Shown here: positions 26,470-39,720 of the stretch, one piece after another
Layout of the letters: the number at the start of each line of letters is the position of its first letter
How positions within the stretch are numbered: the first letter of the stretch is position 1
NCBI GenBank assembly: GCA_050084515.1
Contig: CM114271.1
Location: 22,630,001 to 22,694,000, forward strand
Length of the DNA: 64,000 bases
Direction of reading: 5' to 3'
From: Blasia pusilla
Lineage: Eukaryota
The notes under the pieces: generated by a model
Databases searched by the model: none
Seen by the model: the letters and a program-made list of their open reading frames with translations, nothing else
What the model was told of the DNA's origin: nothing
Position numbers and translations under genes: made by a program

Positions 26470-26880
26470 GGGGTGGATCCATTCGAGCTTGGTAGACGTT
26501 CCTACTCGCTTAAGTTGTATGTTATGTGGATCTACAAGAGACATAACTGCCATGTTGGTTTGTGAGCGTCGTTCTAGAGGGTGGCATATATTACACTTAA
26601 TTTCCCTTTTTGATGTCAACGTTGTTCCCAGGGGATAATAGATATATCCGAGATATAGAGTAGTTTATTACGCCAGATTAGATGTGGTGAGTGCTATTTG
26701 GACTTAGGAGATCTAATCTCCAGTTATAAGGGAAATTATGTTGTATACACGTGTGAGTGTATTTTATTGTGTAGACAACTTTTCCATCTTGTGTGGAAAT
26801 TCAATGGCTTTTATTGTATGGATATGAATAATGACGTAGACCTCATAGCAATGTGTATGCGCATGAAAATTTTCACATCA
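26470..26880 (+). mobile_element. Highly decayed 3' end (PHD and downstream) of the MTase-Gypsy family
   Basis: Translates VPTRLSCMLCGSTRDITAMLVCERRSRGWH...VVPRG..YPR. Downstream TAGCAATGTGTATGCGCA matches 1370-1390 and 12590-12610. Confidence 0.65.
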
Positions 26881-27869
26881 TAGTTAGTCGATGGTTAGAG
26901 TTCCACCATGTATATACAAGGTGTAGAGAGTAAGTTGTCGTAAGCTCGATGTACATCCAAAAATTTGTATTGAGTACTTGAGTAAGGGTAGATACATCTC
27001 CATTTCATCAAGGTTGACCTTTCTAGAAATTTTCCTATTTTTTAATTTGAGTCAAGCGACTTGTGAACCTAGTCAATGATCATGTGTTAATCTATTTATG
27101 TAGCTTATCAAGTTGGTCCAAGAACGATCAAATACCTGCATCAATTCAACATCAAAAAATCCTTTGGGCAACACTTCTGTGCAAGGCCTTTCAAAAAAAA
27201 ACTAAAAAAAAAAACTACTAAACACATCTCCATTATAGCACTCTAGTGAGGCAATCTAATTGGCCCACCTGCACACAATGAATTATGTGTTGGCTACTAG
27301 TTGAGGTTACAAGGGAATTTGGATTCTAGGAGTCTAGTACCAAACTTCGATACCCATTCTTTTATTTTTCGATATCTGTATGCACGTACTTTAAAATATC
27401 ATTTATTTCTTTACGGAGTCATTTACATAATTTAATGAGGATTTGGCTTGTATTATTATTTTTGGTTTTTCCAAGGTACAAGAAATATTTGACTACATGG
27501 TTAGTACTACCAATATATCAGCAAACATTGTGGTGCTCGACTCTCAAAGATCTACAACCTCAACCAAGACCAAGAAACAATTTTGGTATGATTTTTGATA
27601 CGATTCCATTCCTTTTATGTTGCCTCACATGCTTTTTTTGAGGGTTTCTTCTATGATGATGCTTATTACTCTGAATTTTGTTGTCTTGATTTCAAATCCT
27701 TCCTCTCTAAACAATCCAAAAGTTCAATAGAGTAAAGAAAATGAGATAATATTTCTTAATTTGTATAAAGAGTGTTATTTCTATTATTTTAAGAAAGGCA
27801 ATGTGAGCCAAGATCAATGGCGGTTGCTTGCAATTCATATGAAGGAAAGAACTCAAGTGACCATACCAT

Positions 27870-29075
27870 ATAAGCCACAAATATTAAGAAAAAAAATGGT
27901 TGGATTAGTAAAAAAAGTATAAGAGTGAAAAAATTAAACAAGGTCAACGGGCGCCGAACCAAGTGAGTGGGAACATTATGCTTAAATACACAATTTTAGA
28001 GGTCCATCAACAAAGGAATCAAGAATACTATGTGCATGTGATGACGTTACTCACATCCAAGAATCCATTCGTATGGAAATGTTTTTTTATTTGAGTGATG
28101 AAGGCTTCATCCATACTAAATCTCAACCATTATTTCTTCATATTATATCTGATGAGGGCAAGAAAGTTATGGATCAGTCAAGTGATCCACCTATTTATTC
28201 ATCAATAGATACACTATTACATGAACCAATATACACACCTCGAACCCACACATTCAATATGAGTTCAAATGAAGCTCTACCTATCAAACAAAGTCTAAGA
28301 AGCAAACTATGTTCTTGATCAAGTGTTGCAAGAAAACCAAACAAAAAAAGAAATTTGAGAGAAATTAGTGACAATATTACACAACCAAAGAATGCCTTTA
28401 TTCAAGTTTTGAAGAAAAAAGTGAGAAGAAAGCCCAAAAAGAGGATAAAAAAATTGGAGCTAATGTGTCAAATGTTTGAACGTCGCCATATGGACCTTCA
28501 ATTGGAGAGAGAAAAGTGAGGTGGATTATCATCAACAACGTCTACATCTGAAAAATAAGTATGTATGTTCTAACTCAAGTTCCATCATTGCTCAAGTAAG
28601 AACATGTGTCGCAAAACTCTTTAAATAATGTTGCTAACACGTATTCACTCGAGATTTTTCTTCTCTTTTCAAATGCACTTCCAGGTTGTGATTGGATAAT
28701 TGTAGCATTCATCCTCTCATCCACTAGATTGATCTCTTGCGGTAGGGGCTCTGCATACATGATAACAAAAATTTGTAGAACTCCACATGCAAGCATCATT
28801 TTAGAAACCATTTCTAGAGACGTTGGACAATTGCGTAGAGTTGTTCATCTTCCTTTCGAATGACCAAAAGAATTTTCTATTTTCACTTTTTCCTTTGATG
28901 TATATCTATCAAATATGTTTTCCAATGGATTTCCTTGATATAGAGGTCGACTGAAATACTTCAATGCCTATGGTTATAGGGAATAGGCGGTATCTCCAAG
29001 TAATCTGGGTGGAATGACTTGAATGTCTCCATGCTCAAGTGGCAATGCCATTTATGGTTGACAAAGGATAGGTTT
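27870..29075 (-). mobile_element. PIF/Harbinger transposon remnant: DDE transposase C-terminus at about 28575-29075 (-), possible convergent ORF1 remnant on +
   Basis: Minus strand reads GDTAYSL...F...SKEKVKIENSFG.SKGR...LACGVL, matching the Harbinger GDxAY...IExAFGxLKxRW...ACxxL pattern. The ORF1 call is weak. Confidence 0.7.
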
Positions 29076-29084
29076 ATTTTCAAT

Positions 29085-29850
29085 TGGCGAGCACCTATTT
29101 CTCTTGAATGTTAGTCTTCTATGTTGCGGAAGCGTACGTTCAGTAGGTCATGCTCTCCTTAGTGATTTGCATCCAAATACATTCAAGTTAGCTACTGTTT
29201 GGCCCAATCAGTCTCACATCTCCCAATTTCTAGACTTGGGCTATCCTCCAAGCTCAAAAAAGGTCAATGGGATCAAATATCGACCTAACCTCTTACTCCC
29301 CAACACAAGAAACCCCTTCTAGACTTGGGATAGACTTCCTTCATAGTCCAAGAACCTAAAACGGTGACAGACTGCTTGGCGGTTGCAACTGCATAATGGA
29401 TATCAAATGAGTCTCTAATCGTGATCCATTATCTGAATCACGGATCAAGGTTCTCTGTTGTATCCATAATTTATTCCCTTGGACTTGGCTTGGCGTCTGC
29501 ACCTCGAAAACAACCTCATGATCCATCGCATTCTCTTGGTTCATCCCAACAACTCCCCAAGGTAGGGTTTGAGTCCCAAACTCCCTTGGAGACCCTTCCC
29601 CTTATATATAGTTCTAGATTTCCACCCCCTTCCTACCTTTTGGGAAAGTCCTCTTGGGCTACTCCTTGTGGCCCTCAACCCAAATATTAGTCCAGTAGTT
29701 TAGGGGTGGTTTCTTGATCTCTATTCATGCGTTTCTCTAGATCTTTAGTGTGTTGGAAGTTTTTTTGTTCTTCTAAGCTTTCCAACGCCACCTTACTCAT
29801 CCCAAACCCATCTTAGCGTCGTCTGGCTTTGCGTCCGCCTCTCTTCTAGC
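29085..29850. repeat. LTR-like repeat, family shared with 32881-33940 and (inverted) 37400-37960
   Basis: TGTTGCGGAAGCGT.CGTTCAGTAGGTCA.GCTCTC and downstream blocks are shared. Confidence 0.75.
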
Positions 29851-30910
29851 CTTGCGCCTTGGCTCTGTCCGACGAGCCCTCTACTCCGTCCGGACTTTTG
29901 TCCACTTCGTTTGGAGCTTAGGCGCTACCTCCATCCGTCTGGCGCCGCGGTTTTTTCCACGCCGTCTCGGGGCTTCGTCTGCCCGCGTTGTCCGCCGCAC
30001 TGTCCGTGTTGCCACGCCATCCGTCGCCGCTCCGTCCGCGTCTTGCCCAGTGCATCGCATGAGAACCGTAAAACTAATGGTTCATATCTCCATTCATGCT
30101 AAAAAATTGTCATGGAATAACTTGTCCTGTGTAGCTTCTTAGCACTTGAATTCACTTAGCAGCCATATGCCACCCGAAGCATAAATGGCGACCGAGAATA
30201 AAAATCTAGTCAAACTATAAGAAAAGAGGTTGGATGATAGGCCATCGAAAGCGCCTCAACCAAAACGGCTCCGCTCATGTAACAGAGGTTCCATATGAAC
30301 CGCCCTTTCATCACTCTCCTGTATGCTAATAAAACCACTAGTAGTTTTGGTTGAGAAAGCAATACTCCTACGACTTCGCCGGTACAAGAAACATGGTCTT
30401 ATTGCGGTGGTCCGTTGTACGACACGGTCAGCAAGGGCCAAGCTGGATTCTGTCAGTGGAAGTGCTTTCGTGGCTCGTCAGTTGGAGGCAAGTAACCGTT
30501 TCATGTCAGCGGACTCGGATTCAGTTGATCTTCTTACGCTTATTCTATGTTATTTCTTGCGATGGCAGAAGCACAGACCGCTGTGTTACGCGACCGACCG
30601 GCTGCACGGCGTTCCCGGGACTAAAGTTGGGAGTGCCCATAAACAAGAGCATATAGATAGCCGATGAATCCCCCGACTGCGGTCAGGACCATCATCCACA
30701 AACAAACCCATCCGGACCGGCTGTTGTCACGCAGTAGGTGAGATAGACTGTGCGCAGTTTCTTCGCAGTTCTATCTGCTCAGGTTCCGGTGCTGGCCAGG
30801 ATTCGGACGGCGAAGCGGCAAGCCACGGGTACATGACAAGAACAAAGTTCAGAAACTGCGACTCACACGTTGGAAGCCGTGTATTTAAGGGTGAAGTCAC
30901 GTTAACATGT

Positions 30911-31540
30911 ACTAGTAAATTTTTTTTAAATAAAAATATTTAACAGGTGGAGAATATTTCCCTACATTATACTATTCCCTACTCATGTTGAAATTATAGA
31001 ATTGAAGAATACATTTTCGTTTAAAAATATGAATCAGTTGCAACCCTTTGAAAGGGGTGGGAAAAAACTAATTATCAGATATGTGGATAGATTAGACGGC
31101 AAGAGGGAAAAAGAGGGAGAATTTATAGGGGTCTTAATAATCATGAATTTTTTAAATTATTATTAATAAAATTTCATTTTAATAATTATTAATAAAGATT
31201 TATCCTTTTTTTAATATCCATTTTCATTAAATTCATCCTTTTTTTAAATGACTGTATTTTCATCCTTTTTGAAGAATAATATTTTTAGAACTATTCTAAA
31301 ACTATATTTTCTCATTTTTTCCAAAATAATCGGTGATTTCCCTTTAAAAACAAATTTTAACAATTTTTTTAAATTTCTCCAAAATTTTAAAATTTTAATT
31401 TTAATTTTGAAAATGAAAAATCCATTGAATATGAAAGAAACTCACCATTTTTTCGACACAAATATTCTTTAAATATTAAAATCTCTTTTCTATTCAAACT
31501 TTAGCTCAATAAAAATTTAAAAAATTAAAGAATTGAAAGA
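30911..31540. repeat. AT-rich repeat, inverted homolog of about 39840-40207; possibly a non-autonomous Helitron-like element
   Basis: CATGTTGAAATTATAGAATTGA (30985-31006) matches the reverse complement of about 40091-40112. Both are bounded by ACTAGT. Confidence 0.5.
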
Positions 31541-32880
31541 TTTCACAAAACTAGGGCCCATAACAATATGGTAACTTGACTTACGTTTACCCTGCTTTTC
31601 TCGTTCATTACTTGAACCTGAGTTGGGAGGTCTGTTTCTTTGGGCAGGTACCAAATTTTACCGAAGCCCATACTAGGCTCTACCCGCAGGTGGCTCGGTG
31701 AACGCGAGCTTACGAGGACCGCCTTCCGAGTTCGGAGGTAAAACGCACATGAAAACGCTAGACGGAGAGGAGGTGGGGCGACTGATCTAAACGGATCCAG
31801 GTGGAGATCGGAAGATGAGGGAGTGAGCAAAGGTGTCGACTTGGCTCGGCAGTCCGGAATGTAGAAGATTTGTCGCACGCGGTGAGAAGACGGTAGACTA
31901 ACGAGGGGCTCGTAGTTCCCGAGACTCTTGGTCGAGGGACAATCGACGAGCGTATGTAAGGGCCGTGACAAAAGCTTTCCGTCCGTCAAAGATCTCAGGT
32001 CGTACCTCGGGGTTAGAGAGCTTCCTTCCCCAGGCATGGCGGATCGCAAAGTCAAGTACATCAAACTACAACTTCGTCACCATTCTCCCATTTTTCACTT
32101 CCCGGTTCCTGCGTTGCACCTCTCGTGCGAGAACACCAGTTTCGTCCCAATTTTCAGTGCGGCAGAAATTGACATCTCTGTCGGGAATGGCCGACGATGC
32201 GCTCGCCGTAGGAAGGATTCCGCAGACGTTGAGATGTCCTACGCTACGGTCACTGTTTCGTACGAAGGCGATCATACCTGACCACCAATTGGTCGTTATT
32301 GCGTCCGCAGTGAGGTTGGATTTTAGGGATTTTTCCTCTTTTCCGTCTCCCTGGCCTGTTGTGGTTCTTTCCCGTCTCCCCGGCCTGTTGTGGTTATGGA
32401 ATTCCTCGGGGTCCTTCCTTGTATTTGCCTTCATATGGTTTCCCGTCTTCTTTTGCTATGCCTTGTAACTTTTGTAAACTAGCCGGATGCGTTTCAAGAT
32501 CGAAAGGGAAAATACGACGCGTCAAAATTATTAGACAAAAAAGACACGTGTAATGTCCAGAAGTGACACCCCTATAAAGGCATTCTCCAATAATAATATA
32601 GATGAATCTGCAATCAACGGATGTGGATGGACTCGCCCGTAGGGCTATAGGAGGGTCTCCATAAACCACGCCTTACCTCGACAACGTTGAATCAGGACGC
32701 GGGAGGACACAATGGAAGTATGACGAGGAGCCCGCTGCGTGAGGTCGTGGCTGCCATGAGATGGCAAGTAGGTGCTTGCATATGCCGGCTCCTCCATCGA
32801 GACGCGACAAGTGTACGCAAAGCGTGATGGCTCCCTCATTTGCTAGCACTTATGAGCAGATCCCATGGACCTGCCCCTTC

Positions 32881-33940
32881 TGTCGTGCACCTACTCTCCT
32901 TGAACGTTAATCTTGTTTGTTGCGGAAGCGTGCGTTCAGTAGGTCACGCTCTCAACGCTGATCTGCATCCAAACACGCACTTCGGTTAGTCGGGTCTTGG
33001 ATCAATCAGCGGGATTACTTTCCGAGTTCTCGTCTCGGACTCTCTCTTCAAGCTCAACCTTCCTAGTTTCGCGGTTTCCAACACGGGCAAGTCTCGAAAG
33101 ACTTGGGACAAACTTTCTGGTCGGTTCAGGAACCTGAAACGGCGTTTCGTGCCTAGCGGTTCCAACTGTCCGATGAACATCCAATGAGTTCCTCACCAAG
33201 ACTCGCACGAAGTGAATCTCGGGTTGGAATCCAAGTGTGGCGTACAAAGTCCACTCCCTTGGATCAGGTTTGGGATTCGGGTTTCGCGCAAACTCCCGTT
33301 TCATCCTGCCTCTCAAACGCCGTTTGGCGCCCAAAGTGGGGTTTCGTTTCCGAGACATCTCAGAGAAGGTACTCCCTTACTAGTACTTCTGGGATCTCCG
33401 GGGCCCCTACATTTAGGGAAAGACACCGGGCCCCTCCAATTGGCCCTCAACCCGATTGCTCTCTGAATCGTTTTCGGCCAATATCTCAGCCTGTACTTAT
33501 GCGTTTGCTGAGATCTTTGGTGCGTTGGAAGCGTCTTGAGATCAGATTTCCAACGCGCCCTTACTTGTCCCGAATGCATCTCGGAGCTCAACGTTATGGT
33601 CCTAAACACAGTCAGATTCTCCCAAACGCTAGTCATGTTCCAAACTGGTTCTCTCTTTGGCAACCAACCTCCAAGACTCAACTCATCTCAAGTCTCGGCT
33701 CGCGTTTGGTCTAGGTTTCCTGGTCGCGACCACTAACGCATGAAACGCACAACTCTATTCCGCGTTTCGTCTCTTTGACTTTTCCAAGAGACTCTTCCAA
33801 ACGCCTCTCCAAAGCGCAAACCTCGCGGCGTGAGTTCCTTTGAGTTCTGATGTTTCGCTTGGCGCGTATTTGGTGTTGTTTGGTTATGAGGGTCGCGACA
33901 CCTTCCCAGTCGCAACCGTAGGGTCGGTGCGCCTGTCACA
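32881..33940. mobile_element. Solo-LTR-like element (about 1060 bp)
   Basis: TGTCG...TCACA termini and homology to 29085-29850. No matching TSD (CCTTC vs GAGCA). Confidence 0.6.
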
Positions 33941-34923
33941 GAGCACCCGGAAGAATTCCGTTGGGGTTTCTCTAGTTGTTATTTCCTGTTTGTAATACAT
34001 CACTCTGAAATGCCAGGATTACTGCCACCACGACAGGCGTCTTTTCATTTACCTGTGTAGTACACATGGAGAGCATACCGCAATTGATTCATACCAATTG
34101 ACACGAAATGAGGGTAGTTTTTTTAACTTCTGTAATTTACCTTAAGCGACCGTTCCCCACCACATCGACTCCTATTGATGCATTTAGCGATTGCAGAGTT
34201 TCAGACGGACGCTACCGTAACTTCAGGTCACACGTCATGAGGGGTTTTCGCATACAAATATCGCTGCGTTCAGGGCCGCTTTCTTGTTTAATTTAATGAA
34301 GGGAGGGCCCAAGTGATGATACCTTACAGATTCAGTAGAGAATCCATAATAGAAAACTGTGACCAAAACTCATATGGCTATGCTCTGTTCCGAGAATTGG
34401 AAATGGGTGGTGGCAAAGTCGCAAAAGCTTGCGCCCTGCCTTCTAGTGGCGCGAATCCGCATCACAACCCCATTAACGTGTGTGTGTGTCCCATCCGTTA
34501 GATCTTGGCGATCCGAAACCCTAGGGTCGGTCCTGGCGACCTCGCCCGCATGGGACCGGGTCCTTAGATAATAATGACCCTATAGCCAACTCTAGACTCA
34601 GATCCATAGACTATTGTTGCTATCACCATATGGTTGTGATCACTCCTCTGTCTCAACCTGAACTACCCTTGAAGGCCTTAGAGCTATCAAAATTGGAAAA
34701 TGGCAAGTATAGGTGCAAGATAGGTATCTATACTATTATGGCCGACCCAACATGCAGAATAAGATATAATCTACAGAAAATCTAAATAAAATAGCAACAT
34801 GGTATTATTTTTTCCTTCAAAGCTCGCATGTTGGTAGGGGCCATACAAGAAGTGAAAATATTTGAGGGAGGGGAATTGGTATTATTGGAGAAATTCGTGA
34901 GGTTTTATTTTAGCAGTGGGTAA

Positions 34924-35440
34924 CAAGGTTGCACGGAAATGGACAAGTCCGGATATGTTCACAGACATGCCCAACAAGTCCCCCACTCGGGTTTTCATGG
35001 CACCCCAATGGCTCGTCCGGGCTCGGAACTCCGGAACGGATGCAGCCTTGGCACGACAGGGGTTGAATGGGTGTGCGGGCAATGAGCCCTTCCTCGGCCG
35101 CATCAAGCCCACGTGCGGCCCGTAGCCAGGTCCGCGTAGGCCACGCGCAAGCATGAGTCCGCCATACATGAGCGTGAGCTTGCCTTGTGCCGGTCAAAGC
35201 CTGCCATGCTGGCCTAAGTTCGGGCTCTGTGTAGGCCTTGAGGTAGCCTTGTCAGCCTACCGCAGGCCATTGCGGGCTACAAAATGGGTGCAAGTTGGCC
35301 AAGCCCGAGTCTACGTTATGGGCAAGGTGGGGTCAGGGGAGGGCTTGGGTGCCGGCGCGGGTGCGGGCCACGGATACTCAAGCCCATATGGACATGTCCA
35401 TCCTAGGGATGGACATAGACTTTGTCCATATGTAACCTTG
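34924..35440 (-). mobile_element. hAT-type non-autonomous element (517 bp): same termini as the 320-bp MITEs, different GC-rich interior
   Basis: TIRs CAAGGTTGCA / TGTAACCTTG. 8-bp TSD GTGGGTAA / ATGGGTAA. GGACA/TGTCC subterminal repeats. Confidence 0.88.
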
Positions 35441-37399
35441 ATGGGTAATTAATAGATGGGAGGAGTGGGGTGTTTAAGAAGGACCTCCACTACTCTTTAA
35501 GAGTCAATAATGGTGATCGTAGCAATTATATTATTTTCTGATAATTTTTCAGAAAAAAAAACTCTCTTTTCGTGCGTGGCATGAGCATGTTAACTAGTGT
35601 GCTCTAAAGCAGTCACATGATCTCCAAGCCCAATTTTACCATTATGGGCGGACCATTGATGTCATCAGGAGGAAAATATTTAGAAAATGACAATAAATGT
35701 TACTCTTCCTCGAGCAACTTCTGGTAAAAGTGTAAATCTACTTTCCTAGACTAAATTAAAACTAGGCCTGCCAAACCCTAGCCACTCAACCATCTTCGGG
35801 AAACTTTGGAGCAAATTATTTTTTACCTCAAAAAAAGGAGAGAAAATAAGATTTAAATACACGGAAGTAAAAAAGTGGATAGCAATATTCCATAACACCA
35901 AGGCTACATCTGGCAAGGGCAAAGAAAAAGGAGAGCCCCCTAAAGGACAAGGGGTAAAGGAGCCCAAGGGAAGGATTAAATAGGAGTTCAAAAACTCTAG
36001 GAGAATCTTTTACATTACACATCCATTATGTTATATTTTTCAAAATTTCTTAAAAAAATCTGGCTACTTATGTTACCAAAAGAAAAAAAAATTTATTCAA
36101 TGTGTTGATCAAAGATGTGTTTGCAAATCAAGAAGCTATCCTCTCATCTACACTTGACACTTGTCCTTTAAGGACTCCTCTCCTATTGACATGTGTAGTT
36201 TTAAAAGAGGGAGTTAAATCAAGAAAGAAAAGGAGACCTAAGCTAAGGGGAGAATACAAATGAGAGAGGGGAGGAAGGAGAAGGGTGAGGAGAGAGAAAA
36301 GGACACAAGTTTTTTTTATAGAAAATAATTCACATATAGTCCAGTGTATGGTCAACTCACTAGTAATAATATAAATCAAATAATCAATGCTAGCAATTAC
36401 ATCACTTTTTACATGAATTTGATGGAAAAAATAATGACTAAAACCAATCAAACAAAATAAAAATTTATTTATTTATTTTTCTACATAAAAATGATAATTA
36501 TAAAATCTGGAAAGTGGAGGAGATGAATCATTTTTCCCTTGGCTATGGGAAAATGTCTTCATCGTTCAAGCATACAAAGATTGGTCATAAATTCTCACTT
36601 ATAAAATTAATTTTGGCCATGTTTTAAACAACCCTAAGACTGAACTTTTATATAAGGGAAATAAAATTATTATGCTTGTGGGGAAAAAATTTACATTCAT
36701 TTCATAAAATTTATATGATAAGACAAATATTCCAACATATAGTTCTACACTCAGAATATATGTTGAGTATGAGAACTTTTGGATGAATCAAAATGATATT
36801 CTTTAATAGTGTTTTATAATAATATTTAAGTGTTCCGATATTTTAGACAAACAAGAAGGGCTAATATATACATCCACGTGCAATAATTTTATAATAATTT
36901 CAATAGAACATATGAAACATGTGAACAAAGAAAAAATATAATTGATTCTAAAAAAATTCAACCCATGAAAAAGAACTCTAGTGGACTCACACTATGCTAG
37001 ACTAATGTCAAAGTCTTTGAGCAAGGCATGAGTTGTAGAAGCGCAGGACAAGCCTTAATGGGCATCTTGAATGACAACAATTGCGACCGAACTGAGCATA
37101 ACCAAACATAGGGTGAAACTTAAGAAGAGCTCAAGTTGCACAAGAGTTAGACTATAAGGAGGCTTTAACCTACCATGGAATTTGATTGAGTGTTTGGTAA
37201 TTTTCCACAAGTCAAGTCATAACAACGAGATCCCAATTACGTTTAAAGCTATTATAGGTTGTTTATTGTGATGATAGAGTTGGTGACAACACACCAAAGA
37301 TTTAGACAAACGCACGAGCAAAATTCTTAAAACAATCCTAAAATTATCAAAATGATAATTTAGATTCAAGGCCACAAGGAGCAGTTCAATGAGGATTCT

Positions 37400-37960
37400 T
37401 TGGTAGAATGAGGGGCCAAATATCTCTAGAACTACACCTAAGGAGGAGGATCTTGAAAAGAGTTCGGAGCCTAAACCCTATCTTGGGAATCATGAGGGTT
37501 GGACCAAGGACGCGTGATGGTCTTTGAGGTTGGCATTGGGATTCATGGTCTAGCTCGAGGACCATGAGAACTTGGACTTTACTTTGTTCTTTCTCTAGAC
37601 CCTAAACTTGGTTTTCATAGCAAGTCTAGTCAATGTTGTCTAGTTTTGGACCCTAATTTTAGACATTCATTTGAGGCTTAAATATTAAGTTTCGATTAGA
37701 GCCTCGTTCAAAGTCCATTGAGCGATTGGGATTTCCAAGTGCTCTACTGATGTTTCATGTCACTAGAATACCAAGGAAGTCTATCCCAAGTCTTTCTGGG
37801 TTTGCCCTATGGATGGGAAGTGACAGATAAACTCGATATTTCACCCTATTTAGGACTTTTAAGCTTAAGGGGTAATCCAAGATCCAACTCAGGAGATGTA
37901 AGGTGGGTTGATCCAAAACATGGCTAACATGATTGTGGTTAGGTTCATATCAATGTATAA
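37400..37960 (-). repeat. Degenerate inverted copy of the 29085/32881 LTR-like family
   Basis: The reverse complement of 37870-37920 resembles 29195-29250. Boundaries are approximate. Confidence 0.45.
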
Positions 37961-38779
37961 CTAGAAAATGATTTTTTGAATGCAAACTTTCATGATATAC
38001 AAGACGAGTTCAAGAGAGTAGATACACAAGAAAGAGGCTCTCCCTTCTTAAGAAAAACTATTGTTAAATTAATAAGATGGATAGCATAAATTTTCCTAAC
38101 CAAAATCTTGATTATTTTGACCTTGTAGTTAAGACTTTGCATGAATAATATATTCAATCTCGAATTTTCCATTGGACATCTCGTTATTGACTTGATATCC
38201 ATTTATAGAATTCTTTTATTGGTTTGGAAACAAAAAACACGATATTTTTCAATATTTCTTTTCTAAAATTATATATATATATAATATTGGATCCCAAATA
38301 TTCTTCTGAACTTTACGTGTAGTAATTTAGGGCATTAGAGCCTTATATTGTCCTACGTAATGTGCCAACGGGGTCCACTCATAACCCTATAGTAGAATTT
38401 CCCTTTTGGACCTCTAAATGCACTCCACCCGCATACCCAAACTGAATTCTTGGAGCCTTACATTGCCATAGCTCATCCATCCAATTGGTGCCACTCAAAC
38501 CCCCACAACATGGCAATCTGACCTTATTTTGGACCCTCAATTGCAACCCATCTCCATACACAAACTCATTTTCTTCCTTAAATAGAACATATGTCGTTAC
38601 TCACACAAATTTCAAATTTTCCTTGTCAAAAATCTGATTTGGTATCATTTTCTAAGGCATTTTCTCCACATAAACATTTCAGGTAAAACATTTTCGAGAA
38701 GAAACACCATACAAAGTTTTCTGGATGCCATATTGTGGAGGGTTCGAAACACGATATAATAGTTTCAAATCATACTATT

Positions 38780-39720
38780 AAGGGTGTTAGCTCTCGCTTG
38801 GAAGCTCGCAATGAACACCACATATGTAGCCTTCCAACTATTCAATTTTTGTTTAATTTTTCCTCTACTACATCAAAACTTGAATAAAATAGAGCTTTTA
38901 ATTATTATATTGGTTTAAAAATAATTTGAATTTGAAAAAAGCCTTACGGACAAAAAATAAGTCTCTTTCATGTTTAGTTAAATTTTCCAGATTATTTTTA
39001 TTTCAAGATTGAGGAAAATATAAGATTAATTTCAAGTTAAATTTTAAAGGTAAAATACAAATTATTTTGGGAAATTTGAGAAAATCATACTTCTGGGAGG
39101 GTTACCTCTAGCTGAGAGGCGCCCAATGAACAACACACGAAGTGCCTTTCAAATTTTAAATTTTTGTTAAGTTTTTCCTATATTAAGCCAAAAATTGAAT
39201 AGAAATAGGTTTTTTAATGATATGAAAAAAATAGTAATTTGAAAAAAGTTCTTTAAAAACATAATTTTTTTATTTTTAAATTATTTTTAAATGTTTAATC
39301 GGAAGTAAATTTTGGAAAGGAAACTACAAATTATTTTCTTAAGTGAGAAAAGATGATAATAAAATATTGAAAATTTATTATTCTTCAAAAGGAAGGAAAT
39401 AATTTTTAAAATAGTTCAATATTTCGTTGTAAAAGACTTCTAAGGAATATTTTGAAACAAATTTTGGATCAAAATGAATGATTTTATTTTATGAATTGGG
39501 AGATAGAGTTTTTTTTTAAAATTTTCTAAATCAAAATCATTAAATATGATAATTTCAGAAACTAGAATTTCATCATTATTCATATATTTATTTAATGAAT
39601 TGAGAGATAGAGTTTTTTTTTTTTAAAAAAAATCTTTCTAAATCAAAATCATAAAATATGATCATTTTCAAAAACTAAAATTTCTTCGGTATTCATATAT
39701 TTAAACAGAAATTTATCTTT
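38780..39720. repeat. Diverged AT-rich tandem duplications (about 320-bp and 125-bp periods)
   Basis: 38781 vs 39100 share ...CAATGAACA.CACA.... 39490 vs 39595 share ATGAATTG.GAGATAGAGTTTTTT...AAATCAAAATCAT. Confidence 0.6.

Noticed and set aside
32016-32030. GAGAGCTTCCTTC, resembling the miR319/159 star arm
   Set aside because: Only about 13 nt match and no complementary mature arm was found nearby.
31543-33714. 117-176 aa ORFs in GC-rich sequence
   Set aside because: Overlapping on both strands, no recognisable domain, and partly inside an LTR-like repeat.
35570-35598. Possible Helitron 3' end (weak hairpin plus CTAGT)
   Set aside because: The hairpin is imperfect and no 5' end or body could be assigned.
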